Part shown: piece by piece, positions 47,301 through 59,519 of the stretch
Position numbering within the stretch: position 1 is the first letter of the stretch
Layout of the letters: every line of letters begins with the position of its first letter
Assembly: GCA_951406725.2 (NCBI GenBank)
Contig: OX597820.1
Coordinates: 25,172,001-25,236,000 of the forward strand
From: Octopus vulgaris
Lineage: Eukaryota
Direction: 5' to 3'
Length of the DNA stretch: 64,000 nt
Position numbers and translations under genes: made by a program
Notes under the pieces: model-generated
Seen by the model: the letters and a program-made list of their open reading frames with translations, nothing else
Told to the model about the DNA's origin: nothing
Database searches by the model: none

Positions 47301-47550
47301 AGTAATGTTTATTACCATTTTTACATGGCTATTTCATGCAGAACAAATGAACAAATGTTACTACATGTTAACTCCAGGAAAACTGCTTTTCCTGCTGGTT
47401 AATGACACACAACATGTGTCTGTTTACTTGCAATAAAACAGACAGTTTGTGTGTCATTATCCAGCAGGAAAAGATGCTTTCCTGGTATTAAAATGTAGTA
47501 ACATTTGTTCTGCATGGAACAGCCACATAAAAGTGGTAACAAATATTACT
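47301..47550. mobile_element. Near-palindromic MITE/foldback
   Basis: About 110-bp inverted arms around a roughly 30-nt spacer. Confidence 0.7.
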
Positions 47551-48419
47551 GTTTAGTACTGTTACTATGTAAATCTCTTTCAGAAATTTTAAAACCAGAT
47601 ACTTTAGATTGAATAAGAATTACTTTTCTGGTAATTATTCCTCAGTTTAATGATTAGATGTCTCAAAATCCTATCATAACTGTTATTTTTTTCTATGACC
47701 AGAAGTATTTTTAACCCTTTGCATAAGGAGAATGGATATATTCTTTTCTTCTTTTACTTGTTTCAGTCATTTGACTGTGGCCATGCTGGAGCATCACCTT
47801 AAAGGGTTTTAGTCAAAGGAACTGTAAGCCTAGTACTTATTCTATTGGTCACTTTAGCCAAACTGCTAAGTTACAGGGACATAAACAGCATTATTTCTTA
47901 AGTGATGATGGGGGGACAAACAAAGACACACACACACACACATAAATACATACATACATACATACATATATAATTAGTTAATTTGAAAACAGAGAAGAAA
48001 GACATGAAGACACAACATGAGCACGTAGCACATGCAAATTATTAATAAGATGTTCAGAGAAGGAAAATCTATGACTGGGCACAGCTGAGATATGACTTCA
48101 CTGTCACTTCATTCTTTAAGACAGTTTGATACAATCAAATGAATATCCAACCACTAGTTTAGCCAGGTAGGCCCAAATTCACACATTTACAGCTTAAAAT
48201 GAACATTGAAATCTATATCTCCTGCCAAAGCGTTTATTAACATTTATTTTATCCCTGCTGATAAATCTTCTAAATCAACATTTGTGAGCTTCTTGAGTTT
48301 TCAAGTTAAAGTTTTAATAAAACGCATATCTGTCCTGACACGAGCTGATTGCAATACATTTTTTAAAATAAATAATTGGTGAGTAATGTTTATCTTTGAT
48401 AACATAATTTCACTCTTTT

Positions 48420-48781
48420 ATATATGTATGTATATATGTATGTATGTATGTATCTATGTATGTATGTATGTATATATGTACGTATGGACATACGTACACA
48501 CATATACATGTATGTATGTATTTATGTATGTATGTATGTATGTATACATACATTCACTCACTCACAGATACATACATACATACAAACATACATACATACA
48601 TACAAACACACATACATACATACATACATACAAACACACACACATGCATACATACATATATACATACATACATACATACAAACACACACACATGCATACA
48701 TACTTACATACATACATACATACACATACATACATACATACATACATACATACATACATACAAATGCATGCACACACACAC
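48420..48781. repeat. (TATG)n/(CATA)n compound microsatellite
   Basis: Seen directly. Confidence 0.95.
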
Positions 48782-49329
48782 TGAAATACACAGATACCTA
48801 TCTGTGTTATCTTTCTTTGTTTTATCTTTTACTTGTTTCTGTCATTAGACTTTGACCATTCTGGAGTACTGCCTTGAAGACTTTAGCAAAATAAATCATC
48901 CCCCCACCAGTGCTTATTTTTCATGTTTGGTACTTATTCTGTTACTCTCTTTTGCCAAACTGCTAAGTCATGAAGACATAAACAGGTCAACACTAGTTGT
49001 CAAATGTTGATGAAGGACAGAAAGAAACAAAGACACCCACGCATAAATGTGGGACCCAGGGTAATCAAAAAATGGCCACAGCAAATATTATTTCTAGGAT
49101 CTTTTACGGTAGTTGAACAGCCATTAGTTCAACTGGAAAAAAATCATCCTCCCTCCACTCCACATCAAACTTGGTTTTATGAAGCAGTTTTTTTAAGGCA
49201 CTTTGTAAAGTTGGATCATGCTTTCACTATATCTGCAGCACATTTCCTAGTCTGAGCAGGAAAAAAATAAGCATTTTATTGGTCTTATATACGAAAATTG
49301 ATGAAAGGTGGCGAGAACTTTGTAAAATC

Positions 49330-49545
49330 GGTGAATTACATCTATCTACCCCCTGCAATCCACTGTATCTTGAGATGCTCCAACACCCCACCACCACTTC
49401 TATCTTCTTTCCAGCTACTGGCTATAACAACAAGTGTGATCTCTGCATTGCTGAGGTCTTCTTCATTATGCAGTCCACTGATTGTTTAAATGAACAGGAC
49501 AGCATAATTTTTACTTGCCAACATAAATTATGCAACTCATTCTCT
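49330..49545 (+). mobile_element. Penelope-like element, GIY-YIG endonuclease C-terminal fragment
   Basis: YNNKCDLCIAEVFFIMQSTDCLNEQDSIIFTCQHK matches the CxLCxxE...LN...CxH end of PLE endonucleases; C-rich tail follows. Confidence 0.6.
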
Positions 49546-51666
49546 AACTACAAATAACACCAATCCCCCCCAATCCCATCCCCACATCATCCCCTAACTA
49601 TCCTCCCTTCCCCCAACTGATAACCCTCTTACATATATCTTTACAACAAACAACCTTTTAACCACTGTTATATATTTTCTAAATTCCTCCCTGTTTTCCC
49701 TATCCTTTATACTTTAAGTTTTCATAACTTTTCTATCTCCACATACATCCCATCCACCCATAAAAATATGCAGATACCCATGTGTACATACACATCTACT
49801 AGATTCTACAGATGCACAACATATATGTGCATGTGCACTAATACACACATAATCTCAGATTTAAGCTACAACTACTATCTCCCACTTCACTCACCATCCC
49901 TAAATTTTAAATTTAAATTATTTCTACCAACTCAAAGGGTGACACTAAGTCTACTATGTTAACCCAAAACACGTTATCTTCCACCCCTCTCTCCTTCAAT
50001 CCCCCACCTTTTCCATTTCAAATACCACTCCTATATTTTCATCCTTTGACTCTGTTTAAATGGCTTTATAGAATGTTACAGTATGTTTACTTATCTATCC
50101 CACAAACAACCCATGAATGACTCCGACCTAAATTTCATAAAGGCATCTCCCCAGCCAATTTCAGAACCAAACCTTCTCTCCCCCATCCGCCCTATTTTAC
50201 TCATTTACTCACTTTACCTGCCCCACTTTACTCACTTCACTCACTTTACCCCTCATTTGGGTAATTTACAACTTCTGAGGTTCTACTAGTTATGAAACAT
50301 ATGTAGTGTGGATATTTTGAATATGTATATGTGATATATATTGGGTAAAGACTTCCTTCAGTCATGAATAACTATGAGATTGCACCTAGAAAATTCTCCT
50401 CCAAGCCAGGGCAAGTTTGTTTATGGAAGACCAGCAGTTGCCCAAGCATACCAGCCTCTCCTTTCCATGCCACCAGTGTTATCCAAGGGAAAGGCAAAGG
50501 CCAATACAGCTTGGCCGCAGTGATGTTGCAACCCATTTATACAGCTGAGTGAATTGGAGTAACGTGAAACAGTGTCTTGTTCAAGAACACAACACACTGC
50601 CTGATCCGGAAATTGAACTCGCTACCTCATGATTGTTAGCCCGACGCTCTAATCACTGAGCCATGAACCTTCACTGTGATATATATATGTGAGTGTGTGA
50701 TATACCAAATTCATTGACAAGGCATTAATTGGTCAGGGGCTATACTAGAAGACACTTGCCAAAGGTTCTGCACAGAGGGACTGGAATTGAACACAGAACC
50801 AAGAGGTTGCAAAGCAAGCTTCTTAACAACACAACCATTACTAAGTCAATGAAACATCACTCTCTTATCTGCAGTGCAGTTTATGACCCAATGAGAAGCT
50901 CTAGTTTTACAAGCTTATAGTATAGAGAAATATTTCAGTTGACTTTGATTCACATGAGTTTTTATCTTGGTTTTGAAACCCAGTAGATCAATTCAATAGT
51001 ACTTTATCTTAGGTTTATAATTTAGTATTCACCCTTGATTATACCCCATTCTCATTATGTGACACTTTTTTTATGCTTCACTACCATTATAAACTCATTT
51101 TTTCTTAGTATATTTTTCACTATACAACTACAAAGATACTTCAAGTGAAGGTTAACGGCTTTATTAATTAGCTGCAACTATATTTTGCTCGTGGCTGTGA
51201 CATTTGGTTGCTACTGAAAGTGATAAGGTAAACTTCAACTTTGATTACTAAATACGAATGATATATACTATTAAGAGACACAAAAAACAAACAGTTGTAA
51301 GTTGTACATAACATATATACAAGTTGTTTTTCATGTGTATTATTTGTTTTTATAGAATATTTTCTCTTGTATATAGATTAATATATTCATAACAAATGTC
51401 TTAATCTTGCTTAACAAAATATTGTTTACTATTTTTAGGTGATTTTTTTTGTTTATGATTCTCTTATTATAATGTGTATGCTTAAGTCTGCCTTTAAGCT
51501 GTAAATATATTTAAGTGCGTAAGTATAACATCACATCTCCACACACACACACACACACCACACACACACATGCACACACGCACACACTCACACACACACA
51601 CGCACACACACTCACACGTTCATGCATACATACATACATATATATTTTTATGTGTGTATATGATGA

Positions 51667-51705
<39 letters not shown>

Positions 51706-51831
51706 AAAATAAGGTGACAATGGAATAAACAATTAATTTACAAACTTCACTAGCTTTTATACACAGATCTATATAGACATACATACACATATCTATCTAT
51801 GTATCTATGTATCTATCTATCTGTCCGTCTT

Positions 51832-52261
51832 AGTTGTGTGGTAAGTAACTTGCTTACTAATCACATGGTTCCAGGTTCAGTCCCACAGTGTGGCACCTTG
51901 GGCAAGTGTCTCCTACTAAAGCCTCAGGCTGACCAAAGCCTTGTGAGTAGATTTGGTAAACGGAAACTGAAAGAAGCCTGTCATATATATGTATATGTAC
52001 ATATATATGTGTGTGATATATATGTATATGTACATATATATGTGTGTGTTTGTGTGTCTGTGTTTGTCCCCCTACACACACACAACATCACTTGACAACC
52101 GATGCTGGTGTGTTTACGTCCGTGTAACTTAGCAGTTCAGCAAAAGAGACCAATAGAATAAGTACTAGACTTACAAAGAATAAGTCCTGGGGCTGATTTG
52201 CTCGACTAAAGGCAGTGCTCCAGCATGGCCACAGTCAAATGACTGAAACAAGTAAAAGAGT
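51832..52261 (+). mobile_element. SINE family A
   Basis: Aligns with 7651-8058. Confidence 0.8.
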
Positions 52262-52507
52262 ATACATACACACACAGATGAATGATAAACTTTAATGCAT
52301 TATTTATCTATATTTATTTCTTTTCTGTCCTACTTATTAATAACATAAGGACATAATTTCTCACCATATAGTTCAAAGGTAAGCCATAAGCACAGCTTCT
52401 TTTGTAAGCAAAAATGCAAAAGTACATGTTTATCATTAGCTATATTTTCTATGATAAACTTTGTGAGCATGTGCGTCTGTTTGTCTCCCTGCCTCTCTTT
52501 CTCTCTC

Positions 52508-52752
52508 TATGTATGTATGTATGTATGTATGTATGTATGTATGTATGTATGTATGTATGTATGTATGTATGTATGTGTGTGTGTATTTATGTATGCGTGT
52601 GTATGTATGTATGTACATATGTATGTATGTATGTATGAATGTATGTATGTATGTATGTACGTATGTATGTGTGTGTGTATTTATGTATGTGTGTGTGTAT
52701 GTGTGTGTGTATTTATGTATGTATGTATGCATGAATGTATGTGTGTATATAT
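52508..52752. repeat. (TATG)n/(TG)n microsatellite
   Basis: Seen directly. Confidence 0.95.
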
Positions 52753-52759
52753 GAATTTT

Positions 52760-53590
52760 TATGCACTGGCAATGACCTCGCTCAAATATTTTGTTCACGT
52801 ACCACCGGCACAAGTGCCAGTAAGGTGACGCTGGTAACGATCACACTCAAATGGTGCTTTTTACGTGCCACCAGCACAGAAGCCAGACAGCTGCTCTGGC
52901 AGTGATCCTGCTCGGATGGAGGTGTAAGCACTCCACTGGCACGGGTGCCAGTCATCGAATTTGGTTCAATTTTGATTTCACTTGCCCCAACAGGTCTTCA
53001 CAAGCAGAGTTTAGTGTCCAATGAAGGAAAGTTGGCATGGTTGCCAGTCGTCAAATTTGGTTCGATTTCGAATTTGATTTCACTTGCCTCAACAGGTCTT
53101 CGCAAGCGGAGTTTTGTGTCCAAAGAAGGAAAAGTACGTATAAGTGGGCTGGCTACACCTCTGGTAAAGGCCATGGGTTATGGTCTCACTTGTTTTGCCT
53201 AGTCTCTTCAAGCACAGCATATTTCCAAAGGTCTTGTCACTAGTCATTGCCTCTGTGAGGCCTATTGTTTGAAGGTCATGCTTCACCACCACCTCATCCC
53301 AGGTATTCCTGGGTCTACCTCTTCCACAGGTTCCCTCAACTGCTACGGTGTGGCACTTTTTCACACAGCTATCCTCATCCATTCTTGCCACATGACCATA
53401 CCAGTGCAGTCGTCTCTCTTGCACACCACATCTGATGCTTCTTAGGTCCAACTTGTCTTAGTCACTAGTCATTGCCTCAGCGAGGCTTAATGTTCGAAGG
53501 TCATGCTTCACCACTTCATCCCAGGTCTTCCTGGGTCTACCTCTTCCACAGGTTCCCTCAACCGCTAGGGTGTGGCACTTTTTCACATCC
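52760..53590 (-). mobile_element. RTE LINE 3' fragment with UTR and internal duplication
   Basis: RRLHWYGHVARMDEDSCVKKCH..GRGRPRNTWDEVV; 53235-53365 duplicated at 53460-53588. Confidence 0.85.
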
Positions 53591-53899
53591 ATTACATGCT
53601 TTGACTACCCTGATTTTTATCTACCCATTTCTAAAAGCAGGATACTGAGGTATGTCAAATGACATCTAATAACCAAGGAGAGTCAGGAAGGACTAACTGT
53701 TCTAGTTACCTTCTGGATTTTCAGTATTCTCTTCTAGAAAGCCTGAATCATCACAAACATATGAAACTCAACATAAATCACTGGCACTGCTTACTGCATG
53801 TATTTATTATTTTTTCTTTGCTTGCATTTGTAAACATTCTTCCACCTGTTATCACCTCCTACTATAATGGGAGGACCATGAGGGTAGAGTCCTCAGGTA

Positions 53900-54092
53900 C
53901 CACCTCCTCCATAGGATCCTGTAAGAAGTAACTGTCATTGCACTTTCCCAAGCAGATATTATCAACCATCTCAGAATTAGTCTGCCCTTAAGTCTCCAAC
54001 CAGTTGGCTTGGCTTGAAGAATCTGATTTGCGATCCTTTCCTGCGGCATTCTAACCATATGTCCATAGTACTGTAGCTGTGGTCTCTCAGTA
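53900..54092 (-). mobile_element. RTE LINE fragment (second family)
   Basis: YYGHMVRMPQERIANQILQAKPTG..KGR...RW. Confidence 0.7.
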
Positions 54093-54123
54093 TATTTACT
54101 TATTTATATGTATTTATCATAAA

Positions 54124-54570
54124 CTAACAATATAGCCCAGCGTTGATTGGGTTTGTTTTTTAGTTGCGCTTAAAATGGCAGACTTTGATGTCATGTTAAC
54201 AAAGTTTTGATATAGTTTCAATCTTTTTTGAAAAGTAAAAATTTTGCATTATGTAGCTTGTTATTCTCTTTAAGTGAACGTTTTTCTGGTTGAAATATAC
54301 CGAAAAATGGCAACACAGCAGTCAACAAATTGTAAAAAATAGGGATTTTCATAGAAAAAAAGCACCTTTTTGATGTAAATAATTTTTGATCTTAACATGG
54401 TCCAATTTGAATTTTTTCTTCAACGGAATGAAAAGCCAGCCTTTTTCTATCATACTCTCAATTTTGGTCAACTTGTGCCACAGGGTCTCAGAGGAGATAG
54501 TGTTAGTTGAAGGCTACCAAACCTGCCACACACACACACACACAGACAACTTCAGCTTTATATGTATAGA
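54124..54570 (-). mobile_element. Non-autonomous Helitron (same family as 20310-20702)
   Basis: Long direct similarity to 20310-20702; decayed hairpin and CTAG end. Confidence 0.78.
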
Positions 54571-54712
54571 TTTTCAGTTATATGCATTTATTTATACATT
54601 TTAAAATTAGCCATCTCAGAAATGATGTGTGAAATACGTTTTGCAAAATGTAATCTCATCAGGTAGTTTCACATGCTTCTGATTAAAAATGTCCCTTCTT
54701 TTTCAGTGAAAG

Positions 54713-54940
54713 ATGGAAGAAACAATTCGTAAATACTGTCAGCACTATATACCTGAGGACATGTGTCCTTACATTAAGTCAGGGTTTTTAGCAATCCTGG
54801 TGGTGTCAGGTACAGCCTTTCTGTTTAGTTTATTCAACAGACTACGCATGCGTGGGAAAGTCAAAAGAGCTATGGAGGGAGCCCGCAGTAAACGTGCAGA
54901 ACAACTAAAGTCTTTAAAGGAAAAGTTACAGGAATCAAGT
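54713..54940 (+). CDS. FAAH: FAAH copy 2 coding exon 1 (76 aa, with N-terminal transmembrane segment)
   Basis: MEETIRKYCQHYIPEDMCPYIKSGFLAILVVSGTAFLFSLFNRLRMRGKVKRAMEGARSKRAEQLKSLKEKLQESS|gtaagt; acceptor at 54706. Confidence 0.9.
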
Positions 54941-57900
54941 GTAAGTATTTGAAATATATATTTCTGTATTTCTCTCTCACATCACTTCTCTTTCTCACTA
55001 TATATATATATATATATATCTCATGCTACCCTTCACTTCACTCACTTAAGCTCTTGCCTCCTATGGAGCTTAGGCCACTGACAACTTTTCTTTATTGTTC
55101 TTGACTCTTGGTAGTTTTTCTGCTCCCCTCCAGTTGAATCCTTGCTCATCTTTATCTTCCTTGCAGTTTCCTTTTTTTTTATTTAGTGGCATGGTATTCC
55201 CTGAGGGAAGGCCTTCCTCTCTCAAGTCTTGTTGGCTTTGAATTATCATTAATGCTTCTTTGAGCTTTTTTTTTTTTGCCCTACACAAACCCATATTAGT
55301 ATTAACCTCTATCCTTTGACCCTGTCCGGTATGGGAGGCCCTATCAAGGGGATTGAACATTACTGGTATAACTCTCAGAGTCAGTGGGGCACACAAGCCA
55401 AAACACTGCAACAAGTGTTGGACATTCTGTTGGCATGTTACCCATTATTTTCTTAGCCATATTTTTTTCTCCCTTACTCTTTTATTTTCTGTATCTTTTA
55501 CTTTCTACATGTTTCAGTCATTAAACTGTGGCCATGCTGGGGCACTGCCTTAAATAATTTTTAGTTGAATGAATCGAGACCAGTACATTTTTTCATTGCT
55601 TGGCACTTATTTTATTGATCTTATATGCCAAACTGCTAAGTTACCAGGACATAAATGAACCAGCACTGGTTGTCAGGCAGTGATGTGGTGAACAAACACA
55701 GACACACACAACTAGATATATACATATATATCTGTTTAACATTGTCCCAAAAGATATCAAAGAGGAAAAGGATCCCATCATCTTGAAACGGAGTCTGAAC
55801 ATATTTCTTCAAGGAATACCAGATAAGCCACCCATACCTGGATACAACTCACTCAACAAGAACTCACTATTTGAATGGACCATAAACAAAACTTGACTTA
55901 AACAGGATTTAGACAATCCTATCAGATTGTGCTATTAAGTTAGACATGGCCAGGACCAATCTTTTGTCAAAACATATCTAAGTTTATCTTAGTTTATATG
56001 TATATATACAGTGGGCTTCTTTCAGTTTCCATCTACCAAATCCACACACAAGGCTTTGGTCAACCCAAGGCTATAGTAGAAGACACTTGCCCAAGGTGCC
56101 ATGCAGTGGGACTGAACCCAGAACCATGTGGTTGGGTAGCAAGCTTCTTACCACACAGCCATGACTACACCTGGTTTATTCTTATTTTTCTCATTAGTTT
56201 ATTCTCTTTTTCTGAATCTCAACTAATTAGCTTGGTTTGGTGTTGGCTCCACTTGACAAACAACTGATAGCCAGTTTTTCATTTTTATATAAGTCACATA
56301 TCAGATTTGTATTCATTCCTTTGCTATCAGTATGCTGTGTCATTCTTACTGGAGGTGAATGCAGCATTCAGTGACTAAATTCAATTGACTGTAAATAAGT
56401 AGCACAGCATTTTGGGCAAATATCTTTGACTATAGCTACAAGCTGACCAAAGCCTTATGAGTAAAACTAATAGGAAACTGAAAGAAGCCCATCATGTGTG
56501 AAGCTTGCCGCCCAACCACATGGTTCTGGGTCCAGTCCCACTGTGTGGCACCTTGGGCAAATGTCTTCTTCTATAGCCTCAGGCCAACCAAAGCCTTGTG
56601 AATGGGTTTGGTGGATGGAAACTGAAAGAAGCCCATCATGTGTGAAGCTTGCCTCCCAGCCACACGGTTCTGGGTTCAGTCCCACTGTGTGGCACCTTGG
56701 GCAAATGTCTTCTTCTATAGCCTCAGGCCAACCAAAGCCTTGTGAGTGGAATTCGAGGACAGAAACTGAAAGAAGGTAGCGAGCTGGCAGAAATGTTAGC
56801 AATACGGGCGAAATGCTTAGCGGTATTTCGTCTGCCGTTACGTTCTGAGTTCAAATTCCGCCAAGGTCGACTTTGCCTTTCATCCTTTTGGGGTCGATAA
56901 ATTAAGTACTAGTTACGCACTGGGGTCGATGTTATCGACTTAATCCCTTTGTCTGTCCTTGTTTGTCCCCTCTATGTTTAGCCATTTGTGGGCAATAAAG
57001 AAATAAGAAACCCGTCATATATATATTTGTGTGTTTCTGTCCCTGTGTTTGTCTCCCTACCATTACTTGACAACTGATGTTGGTATGTTTATGTCCCCAT
57101 AACTTAGCAGTTAGAATAAGTACTTGGCTTACAAAGAATAAGTCTTGGGGTCAATTTCTTCAAGTAAAACCCTTTAATGTGGTGCTCCAGCATGGCCACA
57201 GTCAAATGGCTGAAATGAGTAAAAGAAAAAAAGAATATATATATATATATATATATATATATCAAAGGCAACTCCAGGTCATCAGTGTTACTCAGGCTCA
57301 TCACAGATTTTGCATAAGACACAAGCCTAAAAGAAGGTAAGAGACCTAATGCACACTGCAGATTTATGTGTGCACTGATAATTTAAAAATAAGACAGAAA
57401 TAAAGTTTTAATGTGTCTTTCTCAATTTTAAGTTAAGGGTCAAAATAAAGCAACCCTGTAAAACACAAATTAATGCCTGATTAATTCAAAACGATGTGAA
57501 TAAATAGACGTTACATTTGACAGAATAATCTGAACGCTAAAGGGTTAACAGTTGAAGCTCTCACTAGCAAAGTCAGTAATGAAGAATCCTTCTTCATGCA
57601 CTATAGCAGGAATTCTAAATAAAAAATCTTTCTTCTTTTTCTTTTTCTTACTCTTTTAAAACTTCATCATATCTAATTGTGAATATATCTCATTGCTACT
57701 GAACCTTCAGTCATGTGTGCTTGTTGTAAAATTCATTGGACATTTGAACTATTTTATTGTCTGTTTCTGTGTCAAGACAGTGAGCTGGTTGAATTCTGCC
57801 AGTGGTGAGCTGGCAGAATGGTTAGCATGCTGGGAAAAATGCTTAGAGGCATTTCGTCGGTCTTCTTGTTCTGAGTTCAAATTCTGCCGAGGTCAACTTT

Positions 57901-59470
57901 GCCTTTCGTCTTTTCAGTGTCAATAAGTACCAGTTGAATACAGGGATTGATGTGATCAACTTACCCCACTCCCAAAATGACTGGCCTTGTTCCAAAATTT
58001 GAAATCATTATTTCCTATTTCTGGGAAATGTATTGAATATTGGAATTTGTATGAGCATTTGGGTTTTTTAAAGCATGTTTTTCTGAATTTTCTCTCACAC
58101 CTTTATGCCCTATCAAACTTTTTTTATTTACCATTGTAAAGCAAAAACTTTTTGAAGAGAATTCTTGTATTAGTTCCTTCCCCTTCTACCGTTCACACTA
58201 TGTTTCTTTCTCTTCTAACTTCTTGTTCTCATGGTTCTGTGTTCCTTCTCAGTTGCAGCCAGTTTTTCTAACTTTAAGGAAGTTGTACCTCTGGAGGCTA
58301 ATTATGCTGATAATAAAAAAACACACACTGGTTCTGTTTCCCTTGTTTTATTATCCTTTCATAAAGTCAAATTCAAACTTGTAAATCCAGGAATAAAATA
58401 TTAAAATACTTTTTATTCCTTTTCATACAAGGTATTTTTCAACCCAATTCTTTATATTTTTCAGCTTACTGAAGAAATGAGAAATAAAATTCTATCATTA
58501 GACATTGTCCAACTTCAGAGACGACTCAAAGACCGTTCATTAAAAGCCATTGATGTTCTTCATGCTTATCAATACAAGGTTATTTTACTTTTATTACTTT
58601 AAATTTTTTCTGATTACTTTCTTTTTAAAACCATTCTTATATTTTATTCACTTGTATCATTATAAAGCAAGCTTGAAAGAAGTGCTAAAACTTTGAATCT
58701 TCCTAATAAGAACCTTTAGCCATTACCAGCTGCCAGTTGGTAATTGCTGGAGGCCCCTAAAGAACAGGTCATTTACAAAGATTATTGGTAATTTACAGGA
58801 ACAAAATTGTAGTAAAGTTGAAAAGTATAAGGAATAAAAACTGATATATCAGGTTACAGGCCTAGCTGTGTGATTAAGAAGTTGGCTTTGCAACCATAAG
58901 TTTTCACCTTTAGTCCCATTGTGCACCACCTTGGGGCCATGGGCAAATGTCTTCCACTATAGCCTTGGGCTTCCCATTGTCTTGTGAGTGAATTTAGTAA
59001 ATGGAATCTGTGTAGAAGCATGTCGTCATCATCATCATCCTTTAACGTTTGTTTTCCATGCTGGCATGGGTTGGATACTGGCTTTGGTTGGACATTATGT
59101 ATGTGTGTGTGTATGTCTTTGTGTTTGTGTTTCTACCACCACCATCTGACAACTAGTGTTGGTTTGTTTATGTCCATGTAACTTAAAAGTTCAACAAAAG
59201 CAACCACTGGGATAAAATAATTATCAGATTAAAAAAAGAAAAAATGTACTGGAATCAATTTGTTTCGCTGAACCTTTCAGGGCAGTGCCCCAGTATGACC
59301 ATGGCCCAATGATTAAAACAAGTAAACGATAAAAGATATCACTGTCTTTAAATATTGTTGTCAAAAAAATGAAAGGGGATAAAAGTGAATATTTTTGAAG
59401 TAAGCTTCACAATCATAAAGTGATAAAACACTTTATGATTATGAAGCCTACTTAGTTCTAGAGAGTGTAG

Positions 59471-59519
<49 letters not shown>

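Noticed and set aside
48386-48855. ORFs of 70-143 aa rich in MYVC/HTYI (also 39626-39879, 51511-51732, 52414-52828)
   Set aside because: Translations of TATG/CATA/CA microsatellites.
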